Below, piece by piece: positions 29,177 through 41,746 of a stretch of DNA of 64,000 nt. A model generated the notes under the pieces. The model was not told the origin of the DNA. It made no database searches and was given only the letters and a program-made list of their open reading frames with translations. Origin of the DNA: Chloroflexota bacterium. Lineage in GTDB: Bacteria > Chloroflexota > UBA11872 > VXOZ01. The stretch lies in contig OZ244922.1 in NCBI GenBank assembly GCA_965221905.1, forward strand, positions 1,600,001 through 1,664,000, in the 5' to 3' direction. Every line of letters starts with the position of its first letter. Position 1 is the stretch's first letter. A program made the translations under genes and the position numbers.

Positions 29177-30127
29177 CTAGCCACCTGTAAGTTCTGTGTA
29201 GTGGGCAAATAAGGTTGCCGGTAAGCCTGTAGGCAGCCCCGTGCGAGGATCGACGGTGAAGGGCATCTCCGCTGCCAGCACTTGCGTCGCGGCAAGAGCA
29301 ACCGCTAGGAATCCGGCGCCAGCGTGCGCCTTGAGCGACTCTGCAACCGCTTGGCCAATCATCTGCACGACGTTAATGCTGTCCTGAACGGTCTGCTCTG
29401 CATCCTTGCCGGTACGCAGGGCGTCGCGGGCATCGTGCGTCCAGAGATAGCGATGGGCCAGCGCCAAGGTCTCAATGCCTAAGGACGCTAGCCGACGCAT
29501 GGAATGTTCGTAGCCGCGGGCAGTGTAGTACAGGGGAAACGTACCTGGCTTGCTGCCAAGTCCCTGCACGGCGTCGCCAACGAAGGCGATCTGCTTGGCT
29601 TCCCAATAATAGGCAATGCTGCCTGGCGAATGGCCGGGCAGGTGCACCACACGGAGCTGAATGTCCTCACCGAGGTCGACGATTTCGTCATGTTCCAACT
29701 TCCGGTGCACCGCAGAAGGTCCGGTGACCGTATGCAAGAATTGCGCGCGTCGTGCCGAGAGGTCTTGTCCGAGGACGTGCTTGTCGGCGTGCCAGATGTA
29801 ATCCATGTGCGCCTCGAGGTCTTCGACGAGGAATGCATCTTCACTGTGCATATAGACCTGCGCCTCAGTTTGGCTGAGCAGCGCGTGGTTGCCGCCCATG
29901 TGGTCCTGGTGCCCGTGGGTATTGAGGATGACGTCGATGTCGCTGAGCGTCAGATCCAGCGCACGCAGCGCGGGCTCGATGCACTCTCGCGGCGTGTCGG
30001 ATGCGCCCGTGTCGATGAGAGCGCGGGTGGGACCGTCGATGAAGAAGAGTTCGACGATGCTGTCCCAATTCCAAATGGCAGTTATGCGGTGAATTCTTGG
30101 GTCTTGGGCCAATCTACTCAGTGCCAT
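29177..30127 (-). CDS. MBL-fold metallo-hydrolase
   Basis: LIDTG, THGHQDHMGG, PGHSPGS, GDA. Confidence 0.92.
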   Translation of the reverse strand: MALSRLAQDPRIHRITAIWNWDSIVELFFIDGPTRALIDTGASDTPRECIEPALRALDLTLSDIDVILNTHGHQDHMGGNHALLSQTEAQVYMHSEDAFLVEDLEAHMDYIWHADKHVLGQDLSARRAQFLHTVTGPSAVHRKLEHDEIVDLGEDIQLRVVHLPGHSPGSIAYYWEAKQIAFVGDAVQGLGSKPGTFPLYYTARGYEHSMRRLASLGIETLALAHRYLWTHDARDALRTGKDAEQTVQDSINVVQMIGQAVAESLKAHAGAGFLAVALAATQVLAAEMPFTVDPRTGLPTGLPATLFAHYTELTGG

Positions 30128-30249
30128 GAGCTCTTTTCCAGATTGAAATACAGTGCTATTCAGTATGGCAAGTCTAGCACAGTGTTGGCGGAGAGTGAGG
30201 GAACAAGTACAATTGATTTAGACGTTCCCTTGGGAAAAGGAGTGGATAG

Positions 30250-31440
30250 ATGGCCGTGCCGAACATTGCCGCGCGTACCGAATTGCTAAAGGGAGAATCG
30301 GCGTTTGCCGTCCTTGCGCGCGCCCGCAGATTGGAGAGTGCCGGCAAAGACATCATCCACTTGGAGATTGGAGAGCCGGATTTTCCTACGCCTGAGAATG
30401 TGGTGGCCGCCGGGGTGCAGGCGTTGCAGGATGGGCATACGCACTACGGTCCCACGCCCGGTTTGATGCCGTGCCGCGAGGCCATTGCGCACTACGTGCA
30501 GCAGGGCTGGGGGGTTGAGACGTCGCCGGAGAACGTGGTGGTAACGCCGGGGGCAAAGCCCATAGTCTTTGCCGGCATCTTGGCCACGGTCAATCCTGGC
30601 GATGAGGCGATCTACCCGGACCCCGGGTTCCCTACGTATGATTCAATGCTGCGGTTCGCCGGGGCGAACAGGGTACCGCTTAAGCTCTATGAAGAGCGCC
30701 AGTTCCGCTGGGACCTTGATGAATTGCGGGACAGCATCACGGATAAGACACGACTCATAATCTTGAATGCGCCACATAACCCAACCGGCGGCGTGTTCAC
30801 GGCGGAGGAGTTGGGGGCGATTGCCGACATGGTGCGCGGTAGGCCGATCTGGGTGCTGAGCGATGAAATCTACAGCCGCATCATCTACGAAGGCAGCCAT
30901 GCATCTATCCTGGCCCATCCGGGAATGCAGGAACAGACAATTCTGCTGGACGGCCATTCAAAGACGTATGCGATGACCGGTTGGCGTTTGGGCTACGGCG
31001 TGATGCCGGTCGCTCTCGCTGAGAAAGTGGGGCTAATCCTTAACAACGCCACTTCGTGCACGGCGAGCTTTACGCAGATAGCAGGAATCGAGGCGCTCAC
31101 AGGGCCGCAGGACTCGGTAGATGCAATGGTGGCGGAATTTCGCCGCCGGCGTGACGCCTTCATCGGAGCCCTCAATGCGATTGACGGCCTCTCGTGCTTG
31201 CTGCCGCATGGCGCGTTCTACGCCTTTTGCAACGTGAAGAAACTTGGCGTGGGTTCAGCGCGCTTGGAACGGTATTGGTTGGAGGAAGCAGGAGTGGCCT
31301 CGCTCTCCGGCACGGGCTTTGGCGCTGCGGGCGAAGGCTACGTGCGGTTTTCTTTCGCTAACTCGCTGGAAAACTTAATGGCCGCTGCGGAGCGCATTGA
31401 GGCAGCAATGCCGGGCGCACGGGATCTTGCAGGCGAGTGA
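30250..31440 (+). CDS. PLP-dependent aminotransferase class I/II (aspartate aminotransferase-like)
   Basis: IGEPDF, NAPHNPTG, SDEIY, SKTYAMTGWRLG, YVRFS. Confidence 0.95.
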   Translation: MAVPNIAARTELLKGESAFAVLARARRLESAGKDIIHLEIGEPDFPTPENVVAAGVQALQDGHTHYGPTPGLMPCREAIAHYVQQGWGVETSPENVVVTPGAKPIVFAGILATVNPGDEAIYPDPGFPTYDSMLRFAGANRVPLKLYEERQFRWDLDELRDSITDKTRLIILNAPHNPTGGVFTAEELGAIADMVRGRPIWVLSDEIYSRIIYEGSHASILAHPGMQEQTILLDGHSKTYAMTGWRLGYGVMPVALAEKVGLILNNATSCTASFTQIAGIEALTGPQDSVDAMVAEFRRRRDAFIGALNAIDGLSCLLPHGAFYAFCNVKKLGVGSARLERYWLEEAGVASLSGTGFGAAGEGYVRFSFANSLENLMAAAERIEAAMPGARDLAGE

Positions 31441-31527
31441 ATCCTGTTCTCTGGCTCTCTTGCTAGTGGATGGCGCGCGCCTGTAGAGATAGGCTGCCAC
31501 GTTGTGAGAACCTCCTACTACGTCCGA

Positions 31528-31556
31528 GTAGACGCGGGTTGCAAACCTGCGCTACC
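31528..31556. repeat. GTAG REP (gcgcaggtttcaaacctgcgc family)
   Basis: gtagacgcgggttgcaaacctgcgctacc. Confidence 0.7.
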
Positions 31557-31747
31557 GGAAGCAGTAGAGAAAACGTTGCGGCGCGGCTACGTCCACTCCA
31601 GCATCACTAGCGCACTAGCAATATAGAACCCAAGTAGGAAGCTCGTTCTCTTACTCCCTCGAGGAAGAGGGCCGGGGTGAGGGTGTCCCAGCAGAGTTCC
31701 TCAGCCCATCTTTTCTCAATTGGCCCCGATTAGGCCGCTCTTCGCTT

Positions 31748-32725
31748 CTAGATCCATTCCAGAATCACGCCCATGGCGTCTTCCGGGTGCTCATAGAGCA
31801 AGTCAAAGGCTTCCTTCGCCTGGCTGCCTGGGAAGCGATGGGTAACGAGCGGCGCTGCGCGCACGAGGCCGTTGGAGAGCGCCTCCATTGCCGCGCGGGC
31901 TATGGCGTTCATGTCGGTATCCGGTAGATAGCCCCCAATTAGACGCTTGCGCTGCATCTTGCCGGCGTCCAACGGCAGCGGGCCGTCGTGGTAGAGACCG
32001 ATAATCTGCAGCAAGCCGCCGGAAACGAGCATATCTTGCGCTTGCGCAAACGACTTGACGCCCGCGCGTCCGCCGACGCAGTCAATCACGATGTCCGCGC
32101 CGTCCCCGTTCGTGCGCTCCAGCACTGACTCCACCGGATCGCGCGCGGCGCCGTCGATTATAATTCCCATGTTTCGCTCTGCGGCCAGCCTGCGGCGAAT
32201 TGGCAACATGTCGATGCCGCAAAGTTGCGCGGGCATGAAGCGGGTCGCGGCTTGCATGACGAGATTGCCCACCAAGCCCAGGCCAAGAATGACCACGGTA
32301 TGGTGCGGTTGGATGCCGGCGGCGGCGGTCCAACCAAGGGAGCTCGAGACGAGGGGTTGAAAGGTGCCGTCTACAAAAGGCACATCGTCCGGCAGCGGTG
32401 ACACGCGCCTGCGGATTGCAGACATAGCGTCTCCAATAGCGTATTCAGCGTGAGGCGCGGTGCAGGAGACGCGGTCACCGGGCGCAAACCCGGATACCTC
32501 GCTGCCGACTTTCTCAATGACACCAGCCGTAGAATAGCCCATGGCGCCGGGGTCAACCGGTCCGGGCATGACGTAACGCCTCCAAAGTTCCGAGCCGCGG
32601 CTAATGAGGCTCCTGTGGACGCGCACGAGTGCCTCGTTGGGGCCGAGATCGGGAATCGGCACTTGCTCCATCACGATGTTGCCCAAGCCCTCATGTTTGG
32701 CCACACGCCACATCATGTCAGCCAT
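31748..32725 (-). CDS. MDR-family (zinc-binding alcohol dehydrogenase-like) oxidoreductase lacking canonical Zn Cys/His
   Basis: SLISRGSE, MGYSTAG, GLGLVG, GADIVIDCVG, LVTHRF. Confidence 0.87.
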   Translation of the reverse strand: MADMMWRVAKHEGLGNIVMEQVPIPDLGPNEALVRVHRSLISRGSELWRRYVMPGPVDPGAMGYSTAGVIEKVGSEVSGFAPGDRVSCTAPHAEYAIGDAMSAIRRRVSPLPDDVPFVDGTFQPLVSSSLGWTAAAGIQPHHTVVILGLGLVGNLVMQAATRFMPAQLCGIDMLPIRRRLAAERNMGIIIDGAARDPVESVLERTNGDGADIVIDCVGGRAGVKSFAQAQDMLVSGGLLQIIGLYHDGPLPLDAGKMQRKRLIGGYLPDTDMNAIARAAMEALSNGLVRAAPLVTHRFPGSQAKEAFDLLYEHPEDAMGVILEWI

Positions 32726-32866
32726 TTTGTTACAAACCTCTCTCGTTGAAGAACGACACCAATCTGCACGTAGCTGCAATAGTCACGAGGTGTGAGAACG
32801 AGCATGCCGTATGGGCCTTTCCGTCACTTTACGTGAATCATTTCCATAATTCCCGTGAACCTCCTC

Positions 32867-32893
32867 CGTCATTCCCGTGAAAACGGGAATCCA
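32867..32893. repeat. CGTC-type REP
   Basis: cgtcattcccgtgaaaacgggaatcca; relatives at 34289, 35715, 60802. Confidence 0.8.
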
Positions 32894-33101
32894 TCTTCAC
32901 GTGCCGCGAAACAGTGCAGTTGTGCGGAGAAGCAACCGCAGCATGCTTGTGTTCGTTTTTTAGCTGTTGTTACTCGATCTCTTCTATGAAGCGCGTTGAC
33001 TTGGCGTACCTATCGACGACCTTAGATTCCTCGCTGCCGCTCGGAATGACAGCTATCCGGGTAAAATGTCCCTAAACAATGATACATAGCTTCCATAGAG
33101 C

Positions 33102-34178
33102 CTAGTCGGAACGGTACCTCGGCTGACGCGCCACGTGGTCGTGACGGATGAACCGTAGGTCGTGATTGGTCAGCGGGAGCTCTACCCGCGCGCCGCCGCG
33201 ACGGTGCGATTCGATCATGCCAAAGATGATCTGCGTGTTCCAATACGCCACTTCCACGCCGCCGCGGGTTGGCTCACCCGTATCGAGGGCGTGAACAATG
33301 TCGTTGACGAGGTTTAGCGTCGCGCTCGTCGGCGGGGAATCCAGGTTTGGGCTATCCTCAGACGAGTCCATGTGTTTCGCACGGGTGCGGAAGTCAACGC
33401 CGTTGTTCAAGGCGGTAATGACACCGTTGCCGCAGACGGCCTCAACCTCAGATCGCCTGGGACTATCCAGGGCATAGCCGATGACGTCGTTTTCAAACAT
33501 GATGATGCCCGTGCCCGCCGGGTCTTCCAGCACTTCCGTGCCGACCACGAGCTCATCGAAGTGGAAGACATAGGCCTGTACCCACTTAGGCGTGAGGTCG
33601 TTGTTAAGATATATAAGTAGATCGAAGAAGTGACTTGACGTATTGAAGAAGTTCCCGGTTGAGAAATTGATGAGCGTGCGGAGATCTCCAAAGTCGCCCG
33701 AGTTAATCTTGTCACGCATCTCTCGAAAACCGTCATGCCAGCGGCGATTCGTGCCCATGTTGAAGGCGACGTTGTTCGCGCGGACGGCGTCGCGAATGGC
33801 TTCGGACTCCCCCACGGAAGCGCAGAGGGGCTTCTCGACATAAAGTGCCCGCACGCCCTGCTCGATGGCATGAAGAATGATCTCGGCGCGCTGCTCCGGC
33901 TGTGTGGCGATGCTGAGAATGTCCGGCTGTTCGTTGGCAATTAGGTCGCGGTGGTTGGTATACCAGTGATCGGATCCCACGTTGTAGCGTTCGCCAAATT
34001 GCGCCAAGACGTCGGGGCGCAGGTCGGCGCCTGCTACGAGATCGGTACGCGGACATGCCTCATAGCCGGCGGCATGCGAATACGGTAGCGGTATCGAGCG
34101 ATTTGCGGTGACCTCATTGTCGATGAAGGCTCCCATGCGGCTGCAGCCGACCAGCGCAGCCCGATACGTCTTTGCCAT
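33102..34178 (-). CDS. Gfo/Idh/MocA family oxidoreductase (tandem copy A)
   Basis: GCSRMG Rossmann, VEKPL, NRRW. Confidence 0.92.
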   Translation of the reverse strand: MAKTYRAALVGCSRMGAFIDNEVTANRSIPLPYSHAAGYEACPRTDLVAGADLRPDVLAQFGERYNVGSDHWYTNHRDLIANEQPDILSIATQPEQRAEIILHAIEQGVRALYVEKPLCASVGESEAIRDAVRANNVAFNMGTNRRWHDGFREMRDKINSGDFGDLRTLINFSTGNFFNTSSHFFDLLIYLNNDLTPKWVQAYVFHFDELVVGTEVLEDPAGTGIIMFENDVIGYALDSPRRSEVEAVCGNGVITALNNGVDFRTRAKHMDSSEDSPNLDSPPTSATLNLVNDIVHALDTGEPTRGGVEVAYWNTQIIFGMIESHRRGGARVELPLTNHDLRFIRHDHVARQPRYRSD

Positions 34179-34529
34179 GTTAAGTGCTCCCTATGTGTAC
34201 AGGCGTTTTGTACTCGCTGAAGCTGCAATTCCCTTGACGGCATCCGCAATACACCATATACCATCTAGGAATTGAAATGTTGCCGTTCCGTCATTCTCGC
34301 GAAAGCTCGCCCCCACACGGGGCCGCGGAATTCATCATCGTGCTATTCAATGCCATACCGCTTCATGGAACGACAACAATATCATTCAAGAGTGCAGAGC
34401 GCTTGATCGACTCTTCCGCAGCCACTCTGAACACTTGCGCAAGAGTGGATTCGGTCGGATATTCAAGAATTCTCGCTTACGCTCCAAATGACTTCCTTAG
34501 GTGACGAGTTCAATCGACATCGTGAAAAC

Positions 34530-35606
34530 CTAGCCCGGCTGGTATGTGGGCTGGTTGGCCGCGCGGTCGTGACGGATGAACCGCAGGTCATGGTTGGTCA
34601 GTGGGAATTCCACCCGCGCGCCGCCCCGACGGTGCGACTCAATCATCCCGAAGATCACTTGCATATTCCAATACGCCACTTCCGCCCCGCCCCGAGTCGG
34701 CTCTCCCGTATCGAGGGCGTGGACGATATCGTTGACGAGGTTCAGGGTGGAACTTACGTTGGGGAAGTCCAGGTTTGGTCCGTCCTCAGACGTTTCTGTG
34801 TCCTGCAAGCGGGTGCGAAATTCCACGCCATTGTCCAGGGCCGTAATCACGCCTCTACCGCAGACGGCTTCGAATTCAGCGCGCCGGGAACTGTCCAGGC
34901 CATAGCCGATGACGTCGTTTTCAAACATGATGATGCCGGTGCCAATGGGATCGTCCAACACTTCTGTCCCCACAACGAGCTCGTCAAAATGAAAGACGTA
35001 GGCTTGCACCCACTGGGGAGTGACATCATGGTTGAGGTATAGCATCAGGTCGAAGAAGTGGCTGAACCCATTGAAGAACTGCCCGGTCGAATAGTTGATG
35101 AGCGTGCGCAAATCGCCGATATCGCCTGAGTGTATCCTGGCGCGCATCGCCTCAAAACCGTTGTGCCAGCGACGGTTCGTGCCCATGTTGAAAGCGACGT
35201 CATTGGCGCGGACGGCGTCGCGAATGGATTCAGCTTCGGCAACAGAAGCGCAAAGCGCCTTTTCGACATACAGCGCGCGGACGCCCTGCTCGATGGCGTG
35301 CAGGATGATCTCACAGCGCTGCTCCGGTTGCGTGGCGATGCTGAGGATATCGGGCTGCTCGTTCGCTATGAGTTCTCGATAGTCGGTATACCAGTGGTCG
35401 GATCTCACGTTGTAGCGGGCGCCGAATTTCGCGACCACCTCCGGGCGGAGGTCAGCGCCGGCGACCAGATCGGTGCGCGGACACGCCTCGTAGCCCGCGG
35501 CATGGGAATAGGGCAGGGGAATAGAAGGATTATCCGGAACTTCATTATCGATGAAAGCGCCCATGCGGCTGCAGCCGATCAGCGCGGCGCGGTACGTCTT
35601 TGCCAT
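34530..35606 (-). CDS. Gfo/Idh/MocA family oxidoreductase (tandem copy B)
   Basis: Same length (358 aa) and colinear with copy A; VEKAL. Confidence 0.92.
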   Translation of the reverse strand: MAKTYRAALIGCSRMGAFIDNEVPDNPSIPLPYSHAAGYEACPRTDLVAGADLRPEVVAKFGARYNVRSDHWYTDYRELIANEQPDILSIATQPEQRCEIILHAIEQGVRALYVEKALCASVAEAESIRDAVRANDVAFNMGTNRRWHNGFEAMRARIHSGDIGDLRTLINYSTGQFFNGFSHFFDLMLYLNHDVTPQWVQAYVFHFDELVVGTEVLDDPIGTGIIMFENDVIGYGLDSSRRAEFEAVCGRGVITALDNGVEFRTRLQDTETSEDGPNLDFPNVSSTLNLVNDIVHALDTGEPTRGGAEVAYWNMQVIFGMIESHRRGGARVEFPLTNHDLRFIRHDRAANQPTYQPG

Positions 35607-35855
35607 TCTAACTGCTCCTGATGATTTCCCCGTAATGCCTGTTCGTCCGGACTGTTTCGCTGACAGAATCTGTATCTTGGCTAATGCGAAGAAAGAATCT
35701 AAGTCACGTCACTTCGTCATGCCGGCGAAATCCGGAATCCTTCCTTTCGTTCGCCCTCCATTCCTGCCCGTATCAGATGCGGAGCAGGCTTTCCGCCTCA
35801 GTGACAAACCATTCGCCTTGACCTTGTCGAATGGTGAGCGGGCTCCCTGTCTGCC

Positions 35856-36953
35856 TTACCCACCGGGAATGTAGAGGCTCCGGTCGGCAACCGGCAGCGA
35901 CACACGCGCGCCTCCCTGCAACGAGGAATACGCGATGCCGAACTGCGTTTCCACGGCTTGCATCGTTACGTTGATATTGCCGTCTGTGCGTTCACCGGTC
36001 TCTATCTCACGAATGATGTTGTGAATGTTCGTAATGCCTGGAGGATCTCCCGCAGCGTGGATGGTAGTCTCTTCCACTTCGTCGCCGCGCCGCAACGGCC
36101 GCTGGATGCGGGTATCCATGCCATTGTCCCAGGCAAGCGCACGACCCTCCGTGCCGCGAACTTCCAGATCAAAGGATCTCGGCGTGGGCACAAAGTAGCC
36201 CACGGCGCCGGTCTCATAGCCAACGCGGAAGAAGTCCACCATAGGGTCGGCGATTTCCTGGCCTGGCAGTGGCTCAAAGCTGTGGTTTTCAGCATTATAG
36301 GGAGCGGTTGCTCGCTCAGAGCCCTTAACTCGCGGATCGCTGGGGTCAACCAAGCGCCCTTCCACCCACACCGGTGTAGGATCGCCCAACATCATCTGGA
36401 CCAGGTCAATGGTGTGAGGGTGATGCTTGATGATGTCGGTGAAGTAGTTGAGAATTGCGTGAATGGGCCGGCCGATAGCCCCGCCCTGGATGGCGTCCCG
36501 CAACCGCTTGTAGGCGTCGTGGTGGCGGCGCTGGGCGCCCCAATTGAATGCCACGTTGTTGCGGGTTACGGCCGCATGGATGCGGTCGGCTTCTGCCAGC
36601 GAAGCGCACAGGCCCTTCTCCGCAAATATCCCCTTTACACCGTGCTCGGCGCAGAATATGATCGGTTCCGCACGGGCAAACGACGGCGTGGTGACGCTCA
36701 CAATGTCCGGCTTTTCCTTTTCAATCATCTCGCGATAATCGAGATAGGTGTTAGTCATGCCAAAGCGTTTGCAAAACCGATCCAGGCGCTCTCTGCCCCG
36801 GTTGGCCACGGCGACCACCGTCGTTTCCGGCATGGCGTCATAGCTGGGGAAATGCCCGTAGGGTGTCATGAAGCTACGATCACCTTGCTCGTCCTCGATG
36901 AGGCCGCCCATGCGACCGGTTCCGATGATGGCGACTCGATACTGCTCGCTCAC
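35856..36953 (-). CDS. Gfo/Idh/MocA family oxidoreductase
   Basis: IIGTGRMG, EKPDIVSVTTP, AEKGL, QRRH. Confidence 0.9.
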   Translation of the reverse strand: MSEQYRVAIIGTGRMGGLIEDEQGDRSFMTPYGHFPSYDAMPETTVVAVANRGRERLDRFCKRFGMTNTYLDYREMIEKEKPDIVSVTTPSFARAEPIIFCAEHGVKGIFAEKGLCASLAEADRIHAAVTRNNVAFNWGAQRRHHDAYKRLRDAIQGGAIGRPIHAILNYFTDIIKHHPHTIDLVQMMLGDPTPVWVEGRLVDPSDPRVKGSERATAPYNAENHSFEPLPGQEIADPMVDFFRVGYETGAVGYFVPTPRSFDLEVRGTEGRALAWDNGMDTRIQRPLRRGDEVEETTIHAAGDPPGITNIHNIIREIETGERTDGNINVTMQAVETQFGIAYSSLQGGARVSLPVADRSLYIPGG

Positions 36954-37366
36954 AGTTCAACTCCCGGCCACTGATCGCTGCTCGCAGTGACGTCCACCAC
37001 GATGCCGTCCGGGTCTTCGACCTTGAATGAGCCGGAGGGCGGCTTTGAGGGGTCGTACGAATATTCTTGGCCCTCACTCACGCCTTCCCAGAAGATCTCG
37101 TAGCCCATGTCGGAGAGCCGCGTGGCGGCCTCTGCCAAGCTCGATACCTTTACGCCGATGTGAAGGTAGTCCAACATGCCGGACACGTGGGCCGGTCGGG
37201 CCGGTCCCTCGTGCTGAAATACCCGAAAGTTGTGGTAACCGTCACTGAGATCAAAGCCGTGGTGGAGTTCGTTAACCACCTCAAGACCCAGGGCGTCACG
37301 CCAGAAGTGAATAGTCTTGTCTATATTGCTGGCGCGCACACCCACGTGGACTAATGTCGATGCCAT
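36950..37366 (-). CDS. VOC (glyoxalase-like) family protein
   Basis: LVHVGV, FWRDALGL, HIGVKV, EDPDGIVVD; 4-bp overlap with next gene. Confidence 0.9.
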   Translation of the reverse strand: MASTLVHVGVRASNIDKTIHFWRDALGLEVVNELHHGFDLSDGYHNFRVFQHEGPARPAHVSGMLDYLHIGVKVSSLAEAATRLSDMGYEIFWEGVSEGQEYSYDPSKPPSGSFKVEDPDGIVVDVTASSDQWPGVEL

Positions 37367-37615
37367 TGTATGCCCTTCCTATTCGTAACCGTGCTGATCT
37401 TGGTACATGTACTGCGTTGATGGGTTGTTTCTGTTAGTATAGCGTTCCCTTGGGTTGGCTGCATACAAGCTGCGAGAGATACCTAAACTGACTCTGCGCC
37501 TTGAAGTCATGATGACGAGAGCTTCAGTAGTCCATTGCACGCAAAGGTTGCGCGTAAAATGGCGATCGACTTGCATAGCTACGAGTACGTTTAGATCACA
37601 GCCGCCTGCAAGCTA

Positions 37616-38446
37616 CTATGGGGCTAAATGGCGGGCGAGTGCAGCATACACCTGTTCGCACAGGGCGTGTTCGGATACTCCCGGGATTGCCGGTTGGTGA
37701 GAGGTCACATAGCCCTGGTAATCAATGGCAGAAAGCCCGTCAAAGAAACGCGGCAAGTCAACGCCGCCCGGGTCGCCAATCACCAGCCGTTCGTAGCGAA
37801 CCGTGCCGCGATTGGTTTCGACGGAGGAATCGCCGCTGTCCGTGACGCGCAAGTTTTGCACATAGACGTTGAAGACGGATGTGCCGAGCGGCGCTAAGGC
37901 CGCCGGGCCATAGTCCTCTTCACAGAGCGCGAAGTTCGCAGGTTCCAGTATGAGACCAAAATTTGGTCGGGCAATGCGTTCGATCATCTCCTGGCAGCCC
38001 GCGGCGGTTTCGAACGGCGTGGCGGTGTGGGTCTGTTGGGCGAGTCGAATGCCGAACTCCCGAGCTTCGTCCGCTGCACGCTGCGCCCACACTATGTCGT
38101 CCTGACTCTTGACGCCCACGCGAATGAGGTCTGCCCCAAGCGCGTTGGCGCGCTTCAGGGTTGGTTCCAGATCGCGCAACGGCGTGCCTGCTTCGAGAGC
38201 CCTTCCTTCTCGCGGCACACGAGAGTCCGTGGTGATCATCGAGGCGGCTAATCCTTGCCGATCAAGGATGGCGCGCATCTCGTGTACGCGTTCAAGCGGG
38301 GTTGTACTTGTAAGATGTGTGGGCCGCACGCAGACGGCCTTGAAGCCGACACGGGCGGCAAGCTGCGCCAACCCGGTGAAATCAAGAGACGCATGGTCCT
38401 TGATGTCCTCGGCTTCAGCGATGCGTCCCGACAGTGAAAGTTGCAT
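37616..38446 (-). CDS. Sugar phosphate isomerase/epimerase-like TIM barrel protein
   Basis: MQLSLSGRIAE start, LAARVGF, QTH, LEPAN, YQGYVTSHQ. Confidence 0.8.
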   Translation of the reverse strand: MQLSLSGRIAEAEDIKDHASLDFTGLAQLAARVGFKAVCVRPTHLTSTTPLERVHEMRAILDRQGLAASMITTDSRVPREGRALEAGTPLRDLEPTLKRANALGADLIRVGVKSQDDIVWAQRAADEAREFGIRLAQQTHTATPFETAAGCQEMIERIARPNFGLILEPANFALCEEDYGPAALAPLGTSVFNVYVQNLRVTDSGDSSVETNRGTVRYERLVIGDPGGVDLPRFFDGLSAIDYQGYVTSHQPAIPGVSEHALCEQVYAALARHLAP

Positions 38447-38671
38447 TAGTGGTTTCCCGGTTCTACACAATGCAGCGCGCATTGGATTGAACACACTATA
38501 CGCCGCCCGCAAACGTCAAAACAAGCATGTTCGGCGATCGATGACGGCGCCAATTGTCAGTGGCCGCCGCCGCGTGTTGCACCGCGTGGAATATAGTATC
38601 CTCTAGTCAGAGATCCAAGAGAGAGCACAATCGTTCTATTGCGTGATTTGTACGAAATTCGAGGACTTTTG

Positions 38672-41452
<2,781 letters not shown>

Positions 41453-41469
41453 AGGAGAAGAGCGTTTTC

Positions 41470-41638
41470 GCAGAGTCCTTTCGCGCGATGTGATCCGTTC
41501 GCCCTGAGCACTTCGACAAGCTCAGCACAGGCTTGTCGAAGGGCCGTTCATGGTTCGACAGGGACTTGGCGAAGCCACCTCGCCACGAACGGCTTTGGCG
41601 GACTCTGCAATCAGCCCATAGTGGACTCTGCAATCAGC
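41470..41638. repeat. TIR-bounded REP cluster with duplicated right end
   Basis: gcagagtcc (41470) ... ggactctgc (41600); ggactctgcaatcagc repeated at 41623; internal cttcgacaagctcag-type REPs. Confidence 0.6.
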
Positions 41639-41746
41639 ATATAGCGGATTGGGACATTGAGGCGGTACCTGCGCTTGAGCATTGAATCTGCTACCGCCGC
41701 AATAGAGTTACGTGAATAGCACTTTTCTTGGGGGCAGTAACAACCG

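Noticed and set aside
35958-36974. Long antisense ORFs (also 9635-10486, 39407-40372, 59247-60233, 29504-30289)
   Set aside because: Opposite well-supported genes, no recognisable motifs; expected in GC-rich coding DNA
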